Source of the DNA: an uncultured Pelagibacteraceae bacterium
GTDB taxonomy: Bacteria; Pseudomonadota; Alphaproteobacteria; Pelagibacterales; Pelagibacteraceae
Length of the DNA: 64,000 nucleotides
Reading direction: 5' to 3'
Assembly (NCBI GenBank): GCA_902634325.1
Contig: CACPJP010000001.1
Span: 30,656 to 94,655, forward strand
The notes under the pieces were generated by a model that saw only the letters and a list, made by a program, of their open reading frames with translations, was not told the DNA's origin and did not search any database. The translations under genes and the position numbers were made by a program. Of this stretch, positions 1 to 9,398 are shown piece after piece (the stretch's first letter is position 1; every line of letters starts with the position of its first letter).

Positions 1-433
1 TTCCGGATGTATCATAGTGCGATCCGTGACAGGGGCAAAACCATCCGTTGTATTCTCCCTTGTCCGACAGAGGAACACATCCCAGGTGTGTACAAATCCC
101 CAACATCACAAGCCATTCTGCCTTTTTAACTCTGTCCTCATCTTTTTCTGGATGCTTCAGTTCATTTAAATCTACAGACTGTGCTTCTGAGATTTCAGAT
201 TCAGTTCTTCTTTTTATAAAAACTGGCTTTCCTCTCCATAAAACTGTGATTGATTTACCTGGTTCAACCTGACTTATATCTACTTCTGTAGTGGCTAAAG
301 CCTTAACTGATCTGTCCGGATTCATCTGATCAATAAATGGCCAGATAGTTGCACCTATTCCCACGGCACCTATCGTGTAACTAGCAGTAAAAAGAAAATC
401 TCTTCTGTTGTTTTTTTTCCCTGATTTCTCCAT
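1..433 (-). CDS. petA: Ubiquinol-cytochrome c reductase Rieske iron-sulfur subunit (N-terminal part; gene runs off the left edge)
   Basis: Absent from the ORF track because it is open at the window edge. Manual minus-strand translation from ATG 433-431 gives MEKSGKKNNRRDFLFTASYTIGAVG (twin-arginine signal), then CTHLGCVP and CPCHGSHYD, the two Rieske 2Fe-2S boxes. Confidence 0.9.
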   Translation of the reverse strand, partial: MEKSGKKNNRRDFLFTASYTIGAVGIGATIWPFIDQMNPDRSVKALATTEVDISQVEPGKSITVLWRGKPVFIKRRTESEISEAQSVDLNELKHPEKDEDRVKKAEWLVMLGICTHLGCVPLSDKGEYNGWFCPCHGSHYDTSG

Positions 434-561
434 CAAATTATATTATCATCGTTTTTTATTAAAAAATAAGACTATTTGAAAGACTTGCCAGGGTCAGAAT
501 GACACACAGATTACCTAGAAATGAGAGATTCAAGGATTTATAAACAGATTAATGGTTTTTT

Positions 562-1413
562 ATGGAATTGGACCTAGAAACACAAAAAAAAATAGCTAGT
601 GAGTGGTTTAGATTTTTGCAGGATAAAATTTGTGAAGAATTCCAAAATATTGAGAAGGAATTTTCGAAAAGAAAAAAATTGAAACCTGAATATTTTAAAA
701 AAAATGAATGGAAAAAGGAAAACATCAATCATGGTGGAGGCATATACTATATTCTTAAAAATGGTAAAGTATTTGATAAAGTTGGGATTAACTACTCCGC
801 AGTTCAAGGTTTGTTTCCGAAAAAATTTAAATCTGTTATTCCTGGAACAAAAAAAAATAATTCTTATTGGGCATCAGGGATATCTGTTGTTGCCCATATG
901 AAGAATCCTAAAGTGCCAGCTATACATTTCAATACAAGATTTATTGTGACTTCAAAAAGTTGGTTTGGAGGAGGAATGGATGTGACGCCAAGTTTTGTGG
1001 ATTCGACTGAGAAAAAAGTACTTCATAAAAAACTAAAAATTTTATGCAAGAATAACAAAAAAAATTACAATAATTACAAAAAGTGGTGTGATAAATATTT
1101 CTACATTCAGCATAAAAAAGAAATTAGAGGCATTGGTGGAATTTTTTTTGATTATCTCTATAAAGATTGGAAAAAAAATTTTAAGTTTATTAGAGAACTT
1201 GGTATTTGTTTTCTTGATTTTTCAAAAACTACAATAAAAAAGAAAATGTTTTCTGAATGGAAGAAAAAACAGAAGAAAAATCAATTGATGAAAAGAGGGA
1301 AATATGTAGAATTTAATTTATTATACGATAGAGGAACTAAATTTGGTTTAAACACTGGTGGTAATCTTAATGCAATTTTTATGTCACTTCCCCCAAAAGC
1401 AAAATGGAAATAA
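562..1413 (+). CDS. hemF: Oxygen-dependent coproporphyrinogen III oxidase
   Basis: 283 aa. WFGGGMDVTP, KKWCDKYFYIQHK, RGIGGIFFD, RGKYVEFNLLYDRGTKFGL and SLPP..KW align along the whole length with E. coli HemF. Confidence 0.92.
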   Translation: MELDLETQKKIASEWFRFLQDKICEEFQNIEKEFSKRKKLKPEYFKKNEWKKENINHGGGIYYILKNGKVFDKVGINYSAVQGLFPKKFKSVIPGTKKNNSYWASGISVVAHMKNPKVPAIHFNTRFIVTSKSWFGGGMDVTPSFVDSTEKKVLHKKLKILCKNNKKNYNNYKKWCDKYFYIQHKKEIRGIGGIFFDYLYKDWKKNFKFIRELGICFLDFSKTTIKKKMFSEWKKKQKKNQLMKRGKYVEFNLLYDRGTKFGLNTGGNLNAIFMSLPPKAKWK

Positions 1414-1890
1414 ATGGAAAAAGAACCAATTACAATAGAAGGACTAAAAAAACTTCAAGAGGAACTTAAAGATTTAAAAGATAACAAAAGACCAAGAGTT
1501 GTGGCTGCTATCGCTGAAGCCAGAGCTCATGGCGATCTAAAAGAAAACGCAGAATATCATGCGGCCAAAGAGCAACAGGGTCATATCGAAGGTAGAATTT
1601 TAGAAATCAACGATGTTATTGCAAGAGCAAATGTTATTGATGTAACTAAGATGGAAAATAACGGTAAGGTTATTTTTGGATCAACAGTTACAGTAAAAGA
1701 TATAGAAAATGAAAAAAAAAATTCATTTAAGATAGTTGGTAAGGATGAGGCAGATGTGAGTAAAAATTTAATATACTATAAATCTCCAATTGGAAAATCT
1801 TTAATAGGAAAAAGTTCAAAAGATTTAGTAACAGTGAATACTCCTTCCGGTGAAAAAAATTATGAAATTCTGGAAGTAAAATATATTTAG
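1414..1890 (+). CDS. greA: Transcription elongation factor GreA
   Basis: 158 aa. ARAHGDLKENAEYHAAKEQQ coiled-coil motif and GreA C-terminal domain. The start abuts the hemF stop (TAAATG). Confidence 0.95.
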   Translation: MEKEPITIEGLKKLQEELKDLKDNKRPRVVAAIAEARAHGDLKENAEYHAAKEQQGHIEGRILEINDVIARANVIDVTKMENNGKVIFGSTVTVKDIENEKKNSFKIVGKDEADVSKNLIYYKSPIGKSLIGKSSKDLVTVNTPSGEKNYEILEVKYI

Positions 1891-1891
1891 A

Positions 1892-3136
1892 TCAAATATA
1901 CTTGCTAATTAAGTTTCTTAGCTCATCATCGTTTAAATGAAAATTATTATCTATCCAATCTTTTTCAATTTTTTTTAAAACTTCACCTATTTTTCTTCCA
2001 CTTTTCATACCCCTTTCTAAAAGATATTTGCCCGTTATTGGAAATACCGGGACATCAATAGAGCTAACTTCGTCTAAAATATTTTTTAGATTTTTATAAT
2101 TTTTTTTGTGATGAAAGATAAAATAAAACTTGGATAAAAATAAAATTCTTTTTTTTCCATGATAAAAAATATTTTTTTTAAGATTTTTTTTGAAAAAATT
2201 TTTATCTTTTTTTGCTTTATAAAAATAATCATGCAGAAACTTGAGATTGTCTTTTAGATAATTTGAAACCTTATACTTGTGACAAAAATAAGAATGATTG
2301 TCCTTATCATCAATCAGTATCAAGGCTAAAATCAAATGAGGATCAGATTTTAAGTGTTTATTAAATATTTCATCATTTATATCCTTTAATCTATCTAAAT
2401 ATTTAAACTCTGGAAAAACTACCTGTAAAATTTCATAAAGATCTTTGGTTAAAAATATATCTCTTAGATTATCTAAATTTATAATTTTATTTAGTTCGCT
2501 ATAAACTCTTTCTTTTGAAAGGTTTGTTATTCCGTTAAGATTTTTTTTAATAACTTTTAAAACATCATCTTCTATATTAAAATCTTGATACTCTATTGAG
2601 AATCTCAAAAACCTCAAAATTCTTAAATAATCTTCTCGGATTCTTTTTTGGGGATTGCCTATAAACCTGATTTTTTTTTCTTTTAAATCTTTAACTCCAT
2701 TATGAGGATCAAAAAATTTACCATTTTGATCTAAATAAATAGCATTAAAAGTAAAATCTCTTCTTTCGGAGTCCTGTTTCCAGTCTTTTGTAAATAAAAC
2801 TTTTGCATGTCTTCCGTCTGTAGAAATATCTTGTCTTAATGTTGTTATTTCAAAATTCTTTCCATCTTTACATAAAGTTATTGTTCCATGATCAATTCCC
2901 GATTTAACAATTGTAAAATTACTATTTGAGAATCTTTTAATTACCTCACCCGGAGAAAAAACTGTAGCCATATCTATATCGCCAATTTTTTGTTTATTTA
3001 AGAAATTTCTAACGCAGCCTCCTACAAGCATCGCGTTATTAGTTTTTTCTTTATTTAATATTTCAAAAATTTTCTTAATATTTTTTTCTTTATAAAATGG
3101 AAATAAAATTTTTCTAATATTACTTATAAATAACAT
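1892..3136 (-). CDS. cca: tRNA nucleotidyltransferase / poly(A) polymerase family protein (CCA-adding enzyme candidate)
   Basis: GGCVRNFL...GDIDMAT nucleotidyltransferase head motif. The start is moved to ATG 3136 (MLFISNIRK) because the track ORF (to 3193) reads through the tRNA-Gln gene. Confidence 0.8.
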   Translation of the reverse strand: MLFISNIRKILFPFYKEKNIKKIFEILNKEKTNNAMLVGGCVRNFLNKQKIGDIDMATVFSPGEVIKRFSNSNFTIVKSGIDHGTITLCKDGKNFEITTLRQDISTDGRHAKVLFTKDWKQDSERRDFTFNAIYLDQNGKFFDPHNGVKDLKEKKIRFIGNPQKRIREDYLRILRFLRFSIEYQDFNIEDDVLKVIKKNLNGITNLSKERVYSELNKIINLDNLRDIFLTKDLYEILQVVFPEFKYLDRLKDINDEIFNKHLKSDPHLILALILIDDKDNHSYFCHKYKVSNYLKDNLKFLHDYFYKAKKDKNFFKKNLKKNIFYHGKKRILFLSKFYFIFHHKKNYKNLKNILDEVSSIDVPVFPITGKYLLERGMKSGRKIGEVLKKIEKDWIDNNFHLNDDELRNLISKYI

Positions 3137-3144
3137 ATAATATT

Positions 3145-3218
3145 TGGCTGGGGCGCTAGGATTCGAACCTAGGATGGTGGTACCAAAAACCACTGCCTTA
3201 CCGCTTGGCTACGCCCCA
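3145..3218 (-). tRNA. tRNA-Gln (anticodon UUG), CCA encoded
   Basis: Minus-strand sequence TGGGGCGTAGCCAAGCGGTAAGGCAGTGGTTTTTGGTACCACCATCCTAGGTTCGAATCCTAGCGCCCCAGCCA. It has a 7-bp acceptor stem with U1-A72, G73, a GTTCGAATC T-loop and anticodon loop TTTTGGT (UUG). Confidence 0.9.
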
Positions 3219-3251
3219 AAGTTTTTTTTGATATACCACAAAAAAACAAAT

Positions 3252-4112
3252 TTAAATAGTTTTAGAGAGAACACACCAAAATGCAGGAAACCGCTTTTTC
3301 ATACTTTTCAAAGCTGAGGTTGCATCTTTTTTATTCAAAAATAGACCAAAACATGCAGATCCTGATCCGGTAATTCGAGAAAATTCACAGTTTTTTGTTA
3401 ACTCTAATTCTTCTAGTATCCTTTCTAAAATTGGAAATTTGTGAATCACAGTATTTTCTAAAGAATTTATTTCTAACTTCAGTTTTTGTACCAATTCTAA
3501 TTTAGAATTTTTTTTATATTGATTTTTTTTCTCTATAATTTCATATTCTTTAAATTTTGAATAAATTTCTTTAGTTGATGATTTGCGGAAAGGAAAAATG
3601 ATCAACAAATAAAAATTGTAACTTGCCTTAAATTCTTTAATTTTTGAAAGATTTTCTTGAAAAATTTTTTTTGTTTTTAAAAATACTCTAAGATCTGAAC
3701 CTAAGTGTTTTGAAAAAAAACTAATATTCTGTTCTGATATTTTTCTTTTTTTGAAAAAGTATTTGATTATTGTCGCAGCATTACTTGATCCACCACCTAG
3801 TCCAGAAAAAACAGGAATATTTTTCTTTATAGTTATTTCATATTTGTTCCGTTTATCAATAAATTTCCTTTTTCTTAATAAATACATGGACTTACTTACT
3901 GTGTTATTGGCTCTTTTAATACTATTCTTAAACTTGCCTGTAAATTTTATAATATCTTTAGATTTTTTTATCCTTTTAATAAAAATTTCATCATTAAGAT
4001 TTGTTAAAAAAATTAAAGACTGAATATTATGATGTTTTTTTCCTCTAATTCTTTTACCAACCTTTAAAAATAGATTAATTTTAGCAGCTGATTTTAAAAA
4101 ATTACTTTTCAT
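3252..4112 (-). CDS. ispE: 4-diphosphocytidyl-2-C-methyl-D-erythritol kinase
   Basis: 286 aa. N-terminal AKINLFLKVGKR pattern and GHMP-kinase loop PVFSGLGGGSSNAA. Confidence 0.85.
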   Translation of the reverse strand: MKSNFLKSAAKINLFLKVGKRIRGKKHHNIQSLIFLTNLNDEIFIKRIKKSKDIIKFTGKFKNSIKRANNTVSKSMYLLRKRKFIDKRNKYEITIKKNIPVFSGLGGGSSNAATIIKYFFKKRKISEQNISFFSKHLGSDLRVFLKTKKIFQENLSKIKEFKASYNFYLLIIFPFRKSSTKEIYSKFKEYEIIEKKNQYKKNSKLELVQKLKLEINSLENTVIHKFPILERILEELELTKNCEFSRITGSGSACFGLFLNKKDATSALKSMKKRFPAFWCVLSKTI

Positions 4113-4125
4113 TTATTTAAAAATT

Positions 4126-5826
4126 TTAGGTATTTGGTAAACCAAATAAAATTTTTTGTTCGACCTTTTTTTTTAATTCGTCGTCAGCTTCCTCTGAAAG
4201 TAGAACATTGTTCCAATAATATCTGGCTTGAATTTTATAATTATTCATCCAAAGACAATCAGCATAATGGTCGTTTATGACAGGATCTCTTGGCATTAAA
4301 ATAATAGCTTTCTCAAGATATTTTTTTGACTCAAGAAAATATTTTGATTTAAATAACGCCCAACCAAGAGAATCGGTGATATATCCATTATTTTTTTTCA
4401 GATCATTAGCATCCCTTAACATCGCTAATGCTTTTTCAATATTTTCATTTTTTTCAACCCAGCTATAAGCAAGATAGTTCATAACATATGGTTCGTTTGG
4501 TTTGGCCTTTAAAGAATTAAGAAGATCTTTTTCTCCAAGCTTCCAATTATCACTTCTTTCATAAGCCATACCTCTTCTTTCTAAAATGCTAGAATAGAGT
4601 TCGTGCCCTGAATTAATTTTTTGCAATATTTCTGAATATAGTTTTATTGATTCGTCATATTTTTCTTTGTTCCTTAAAAAATTTGCAAAATCAAATGTTT
4701 CGTATATTCCAGGTTTAATATCTTTATATATTTTTTCTAAAAAAGTTATTGATTCTGCTTTTTTTTGTTCATCCATTATTTCTACAATTTTTTGGCTCGC
4801 GTACCACTTGTAGGTTGAGCCGCCTCCAAATAGTTTTTTGTAAATCTTTTCTGCATCAGAATATTTTTTTAAAATTAAAAAATTTTCAGCAAGTAGTGTA
4901 TCGTAGGATATAAAATTTGAATTTAAGAATTTTGATAAACTAATATAAAAATTTGAAAGTTTATAATTTTCCTGGGAAGACACGAAGTTTGCTAAAATGT
5001 AAAGCGTTTCTCCCATAATATCTGAACTGTTTTGACAATTAAAAAGATTCTTATTTTTTTCTCCATTTTGTAAAACTTTTTTGAACTGGTTAATTAGTAA
5101 ATTTCTTGGGTATTTATCGGAAGCAGAATTTATAAAATTAGATGCCTTGTCCTTTTGATTCTTATTAAAAAAATAATTTGAAATAAAAAAATTATATCTA
5201 GAAAAATTATATTTTTTATTTTCAATGATGGATTTAAAATCTTCTTCAACGGTATTGCTTGATATGTAACAGTTAGCAAAAGCCATCTGTATCATTTGCA
5301 AATTTTCATAAGCTTTGTTTGAATAATTTAGAAGTTTTAAACTCTCTTGGTTTTTGAATTGAGCAATCTGAGTCCAGGCATCCAATGATACCTTTAAAAT
5401 ATTAAACACTGGTTCATCAATTAAATTTGGTTCAAGTTGCTTAAAATAAATCTGAGACTTCTTGTAATTTTTTCTTTTGAATTCATACAAACCTAAAAAA
5501 ATATTGCTTTCAAAATTAGATTGGTTTTTATTTTCTAATTTTTTTGAATATCTATATGCCTCCTGATATTTTCCTAAATTAATAAGTGATTGAATAAATT
5601 TTGAGGAGTAATTTTTGTTATCAGACTGTGATTCATCTAATTTTTTAAAAAATCCTTTAGAACCTTCATAATTAAAATCATCAAAAGAAATTAAGCCAGA
5701 AAAATAGTTTGAGATGCTTTTAGCGTTTTGATTGAATTCGATTATTCTTCCGTAGGATGAATTAAATATACATAGAAAAATGAAGGTATATAATATAATT
5801 TTAGATGCAGAAATAAAAACTTTCAT
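4126..5826 (-). CDS. Secreted TPR-repeat protein
   Basis: 566 aa. N-terminal hydrophobic signal (ILYTFIFLCIFNSSYG) and repeated Y/A/L-rich 34-residue-type helical repeats, especially in the C-terminal third. Confidence 0.6.
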   Translation of the reverse strand: MKVFISASKIILYTFIFLCIFNSSYGRIIEFNQNAKSISNYFSGLISFDDFNYEGSKGFFKKLDESQSDNKNYSSKFIQSLINLGKYQEAYRYSKKLENKNQSNFESNIFLGLYEFKRKNYKKSQIYFKQLEPNLIDEPVFNILKVSLDAWTQIAQFKNQESLKLLNYSNKAYENLQMIQMAFANCYISSNTVEEDFKSIIENKKYNFSRYNFFISNYFFNKNQKDKASNFINSASDKYPRNLLINQFKKVLQNGEKNKNLFNCQNSSDIMGETLYILANFVSSQENYKLSNFYISLSKFLNSNFISYDTLLAENFLILKKYSDAEKIYKKLFGGGSTYKWYASQKIVEIMDEQKKAESITFLEKIYKDIKPGIYETFDFANFLRNKEKYDESIKLYSEILQKINSGHELYSSILERRGMAYERSDNWKLGEKDLLNSLKAKPNEPYVMNYLAYSWVEKNENIEKALAMLRDANDLKKNNGYITDSLGWALFKSKYFLESKKYLEKAIILMPRDPVINDHYADCLWMNNYKIQARYYWNNVLLSEEADDELKKKVEQKILFGLPNT

Positions 5827-5832
5827 ATAAAA

Positions 5833-6558
5833 ATGAAAAATAAATTAGTTTTAAAAAATAATAAAAGTAAGTTTTATCACAAACTTATAAATAATGAACC
5901 TATATACAACAAGAATTCTATAAATAGATATAAGAAAAAAAGCGGTAAAAATGAAAAATCCTACAATAAAAACAAGCTGGAAAACTTAGGGGTACTAAAA
6001 AACAAAATAAATTCTATTAAAGATTGTGAATTAAAAAAAAGTGCAACTAACATAGTTTTTTCTGACGGCAATCCTAACGCAAAAATAATGATAATCGGCG
6101 AAGGACCTGGGGCGAATGAAGACAAGGAAGGCAAGCCTTTTGTAGGAAGAGCTGGAAAACTTCTAGATAAAATGTTGGGTTCGATAAAATTAGACAGGAA
6201 AAATGTTTATATATCGAATGTAGTAAATTTTAGACCTCCCATGAATAGAAGGCCAACTGATGAGGAAATAGCCAGATATCTTCCTTTTTTAAACAAGCAT
6301 ATAGAAATAATTAATCCAAAAATTTTACTATTACTTGGTAGCACAGCTTTAAATGCTTTAATAGGTAGTGAGGTTGTAATTTCAAAGGCAAGAGGAAAGT
6401 GGGTAAATAAAAAAATTGGTAATGCTAATCCAGAAGTAATTGCCTCGTTTCATCCCGCTTTTCTAATGAGACAACCAGATCAAAAAAAATATGCCTGGGA
6501 AGATCTAAAAATGATAAGAAAAAAAATTTCAGAATTAAAGATAGAATTAAATGGCTAA
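5833..6558 (+). CDS. Uracil-DNA glycosylase, family 4
   Basis: GEGPGANEDKEGKPFVGRAGKLLDKML and a C-terminal HPAFLMR motif. The N-terminus carries a Lys/Asn-rich extension. Confidence 0.85.
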   Translation: MKNKLVLKNNKSKFYHKLINNEPIYNKNSINRYKKKSGKNEKSYNKNKLENLGVLKNKINSIKDCELKKSATNIVFSDGNPNAKIMIIGEGPGANEDKEGKPFVGRAGKLLDKMLGSIKLDRKNVYISNVVNFRPPMNRRPTDEEIARYLPFLNKHIEIINPKILLLLGSTALNALIGSEVVISKARGKWVNKKIGNANPEVIASFHPAFLMRQPDQKKYAWEDLKMIRKKISELKIELNG

Positions 6559-7120
6559 AAAGATCTTTGCTGGCATAGATGAAGTTGGAAGAGGTTGTTT
6601 GGCAGGTCCTGTTATTTCGTGTGCACTTATTTTAAAAAAAAATATCAATAAAAAATTTTTAAAAGACTCAAAAACCATAGCATTTAAAGATAGAATAGAA
6701 ATTGCAAAACATATAAAAAAAAATTCCTGGTATGCCATTGGCTGTGCATCAGTAAAGGAAATAGATAGGTATAATATTTTTAATGCTACATTGCTTTCAA
6801 TGGAAAGGGCTGCAAAAAAATTAAGGAAAAAACCTCATCTTTTTCTAATTGACGGCACACATGCCCCAGAAAAATTAAAGAACTCTAAAACAGTCATCAA
6901 GGGGGATCAAAAAATTAAATGTATTTCTGCGGCCTCCATCGTGGCAAAAGTCTATAGAGATCTTTATATGATAAAGTTAGGAAATAAATTCCCACAATAC
7001 AGATGGAGTAAAAATTTTGGCTATGGCACTTGGCAACACTTAGGAGCCTTAAAAAAATTCGGAGTTACAGACTACCATAGAAAAAGTTATAGGCCCGTAC
7101 ACAACATCTTGTCTAAATAG
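6551..7120 (+). CDS. rnhB: Ribonuclease HII
   Basis: GIDEVGRGCLAGPV catalytic motif. 189 aa. Overlaps udg by 8 nt. Confidence 0.92.
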   Translation: MAKKIFAGIDEVGRGCLAGPVISCALILKKNINKKFLKDSKTIAFKDRIEIAKHIKKNSWYAIGCASVKEIDRYNIFNATLLSMERAAKKLRKKPHLFLIDGTHAPEKLKNSKTVIKGDQKIKCISAASIVAKVYRDLYMIKLGNKFPQYRWSKNFGYGTWQHLGALKKFGVTDYHRKSYRPVHNILSK

Positions 7121-7259
7121 GAATCTTCAACACATTATAGACTCAATTCTTTAAAAAAAAAATTTGACCAGAGATTCAATTTCGGGTTGAATTCAATAAT
7201 GTCAAACTTTTCTAATAAGATTGTGAATGGGGACTCTTTGGAAATATTAAAAAAGATTC
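7121..7259. promoter_or_regulatory. Cluster of five GANTC (CcrM) sites across the ccrM promoter and first codons
   Basis: GAATC 7121-7125, GACTC 7140-7144, GATTC 7173-7177, GACTC 7232-7236, GATTC 7255-7259. I found none when reading 7260-8280. Confidence 0.5.
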
Positions 7260-8266
7260 CAGACAAAACTTTTGACCTAGTTTTTGCCGATCCTCCTTAC
7301 AACATGCAAATCGGAAAGAAACTAAAAAGACCTGATGATAGTAAAGTAAACGGCGTTAACGATAAATGGGATCAGTTTTCAAGCTTTAAACATTATGACA
7401 ACTTTTGCAAATCTTGGCTAAAAGAATGTAAAAGAATTTTAAAAGATAATGGCACTATTTGGATCATTGGCACCTATCACAATATTTTTAGATTGGGCTA
7501 TCACTTACAAAATTTAAATTGTTGGATATTAAATGATGTTATTTGGAGAAAGAACAATCCAATGCCAAACTTTAAAGGAACACGATTTACTAATGCACAT
7601 GAAACTTTAATTTGGGCTTCAAAAAATAAAAAATCTAAATACACATTTAATTACCAATCTTTAAAATGCTTAAATGATGACTTACAAATGAGATCTGATT
7701 GGACATTGCCTATTTGTAACGGAAAAGAGAGATTAAAAAAGAATGGAAAAAAAGTTCATTCAACACAAAAACCTGAGGCTTTGCTGCATAGAATTATATT
7801 AGCAACAACAAACAAAGGTGATGTAATATTTGATCCATTTTTGGGTACAGGAACTACCGCGGTCGTCGCAAAAAAATTAGGCAGACAATATTTTGGTATA
7901 GAAAAAGATAAGAAATATTTTTCGGCTGCATATCAAAGAATAAGTAAAACAAACGTTATAGAGGATGATTGTCTAGACACAATTCAAAATAATAAATCTA
8001 AACCAAGAGTGCCTTTTGGGTCTTTAATTGAAATGGGACTAATTAAACCAGGAACATTATTGTTTGATCAAAAAAAGAAATATAATGCCAAAATTATGGT
8101 CGATGGTAGTCTAAAGTATCAACAAACTGAAGGCTCAATTCACAAAATCGCAGCCAAGATAATGGGGGCAGAAAGTTGTAATGGCTGGACCTACTGGCAT
8201 TATCAATCGGGCAATAATTTAAAACCGATTGATGAACTGAGGGGAAGATTAAGGCTCACCTCCTAG
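7199..8266 (+). CDS. ccrM: Cell-cycle-regulated N6-adenine DNA methyltransferase (GANTC-specific, CcrM family)
   Basis: Near full-length resemblance to Caulobacter CcrM: DLVFADPPYN, DKWDQFSSF, WILNDVIWRKNNPMPNFKGTRFTNAHETLIWASK, HSTQKPEALL, DPFLGTGTT. The first ATG is at 7199; the track start at 7187 is a TTG. Confidence 0.93.
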   Translation: MSNFSNKIVNGDSLEILKKIPDKTFDLVFADPPYNMQIGKKLKRPDDSKVNGVNDKWDQFSSFKHYDNFCKSWLKECKRILKDNGTIWIIGTYHNIFRLGYHLQNLNCWILNDVIWRKNNPMPNFKGTRFTNAHETLIWASKNKKSKYTFNYQSLKCLNDDLQMRSDWTLPICNGKERLKKNGKKVHSTQKPEALLHRIILATTNKGDVIFDPFLGTGTTAVVAKKLGRQYFGIEKDKKYFSAAYQRISKTNVIEDDCLDTIQNNKSKPRVPFGSLIEMGLIKPGTLLFDQKKKYNAKIMVDGSLKYQQTEGSIHKIAAKIMGAESCNGWTYWHYQSGNNLKPIDELRGRLRLTS

Positions 8267-8273
8267 ATTGTCT

Positions 8274-8298
8274 GATAAATACTTCCCAAGTATTTATC
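8274..8298 (+). terminator. Perfect 11-bp hairpin downstream of ccrM (possible bidirectional terminator)
   Basis: GATAAATACTT-CCC-AAGTATTTATC followed by TAAAAATTTTTCACTTTTT. It starts 8 nt after the ccrM stop, in a convergent spacer. Confidence 0.55.
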
Positions 8299-8423
8299 TA
8301 AAAATTTTTCACTTTTTGTGATCTTTTTTAAAATAAAATTTCTAGCTTTAACCATCGATGAGTTTGATAAATGAAAAAAAAAATAATTTAATCTAGATCT
8401 ACTATTAATCAGCCTGATTCTTT

Positions 8424-9398
8424 CTAATCTTTTTTTAAATAAAGATTTTGTATCTCTTTTGTATCTTTAGATAATAAATTAAATAATTCGTTTGCTCCTT
8501 CAATGGATTGTGATGCCCCCTGAGCTATTGTTGGAATAAATGTATAAAAAGCATCTCCTAAATAAAATACATTTTCATAAATTGACTTTGAGGGTTTTCT
8601 TGTTGTGTAAATTGGCCATGAATCTAGATGGCCTTTGAATAAATTTTCTAAACTTTTGTTTTGAGATAATATCTCTTTTTTAATTATTGAATATGTATCC
8701 TTATTTTGGAATGATTTTTGCCTTACAATACAAATTAGATTGATCTCATTTTTTTTATTTATTGGATAAATAACTATGTGTGCCTTCGGTAACATTATTA
8801 ATGACACATTTTCACTTTCGTAGTTAAAATCTTCTGAAGATTTGATTACTGTTCTAATAGCAATTGATCCATTGTAGTGAGGTTTAACAGTCTTGTTTTC
8901 AATTATTGATTTTGTTCTGGAAAAGACACCGTCTGAAACAATTATAAAATCCACCAGATCATTTGTGTTGTCAGTAAAATTAATTAACAATTTTTCTTTA
9001 ATTTTTGAAACTTTTCCAACTTCTTTTCCAAATCTAATATTATTTACAAATAAAGCGTCCTTCAAAAATTCAATTAAAGTGAATCTCTTCAAAGTTGTGT
9101 ATTTAACTGTGTCTGTATTAAATCTATCTAAGTTTAAATCACAAATTTTATTATTATGAATAGAATAAAAATTTAATTTTGAAGGATTAAAAAAATGATT
9201 ATTGTCTATATTAAAAAACCCTATTTTGTTTAAAACAGAAATACTGTTAGGAGATAATTGTATTCCATAACCTTCTTCTAAACTTAATGTTTTTTCTCTT
9301 TCATAAACCGTCACTTGAAAATTAGAATTTTTTTTGAATAAATTTGCGATGGTTAAACCAGCTATTCCAGATCCTATTATTGCAATTTTTTTTTTCAT
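8424..9398 (-). CDS. FAD-dependent monooxygenase (salicylate hydroxylase/UbiH-like, short form)
   Basis: IAIIGSGIAGL dinucleotide-binding motif at the N-terminus and GDAFYTFIPTIAQGASQSIEGA FAD motif near the C-terminus. 324 aa. Confidence 0.7.
   Translation of the reverse strand: MKKKIAIIGSGIAGLTIANLFKKNSNFQVTVYEREKTLSLEEGYGIQLSPNSISVLNKIGFFNIDNNHFFNPSKLNFYSIHNNKICDLNLDRFNTDTVKYTTLKRFTLIEFLKDALFVNNIRFGKEVGKVSKIKEKLLINFTDNTNDLVDFIIVSDGVFSRTKSIIENKTVKPHYNGSIAIRTVIKSSEDFNYESENVSLIMLPKAHIVIYPINKKNEINLICIVRQKSFQNKDTYSIIKKEILSQNKSLENLFKGHLDSWPIYTTRKPSKSIYENVFYLGDAFYTFIPTIAQGASQSIEGANELFNLLSKDTKEIQNLYLKKD

Noticed and set aside
48-272. 74-aa plus-strand ORF at the left edge
   Set aside because: It lies antisense inside the clearly recognisable petA (Rieske) coding sequence and has no motif or start context of its own.
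3137-3193. N-terminal extension of the cca ORF (MVFGTTILGSNPSAPAKYY...)
   Set aside because: These codons are the reverse read-through of the tRNA-Gln gene (GGTTCGAATCC translated). The real start is ATG 3136.
8266-8355. 30-codon minus-strand ORF (MVKARNFILKKITKSEKFLDKYLGSIYQTI) in the ccrM/monooxygenase convergent spacer
   Set aside because: It runs through the 11-bp terminator-like hairpin, has no coupling to neighbours and no distinguishing features. A chance ORF is more likely.
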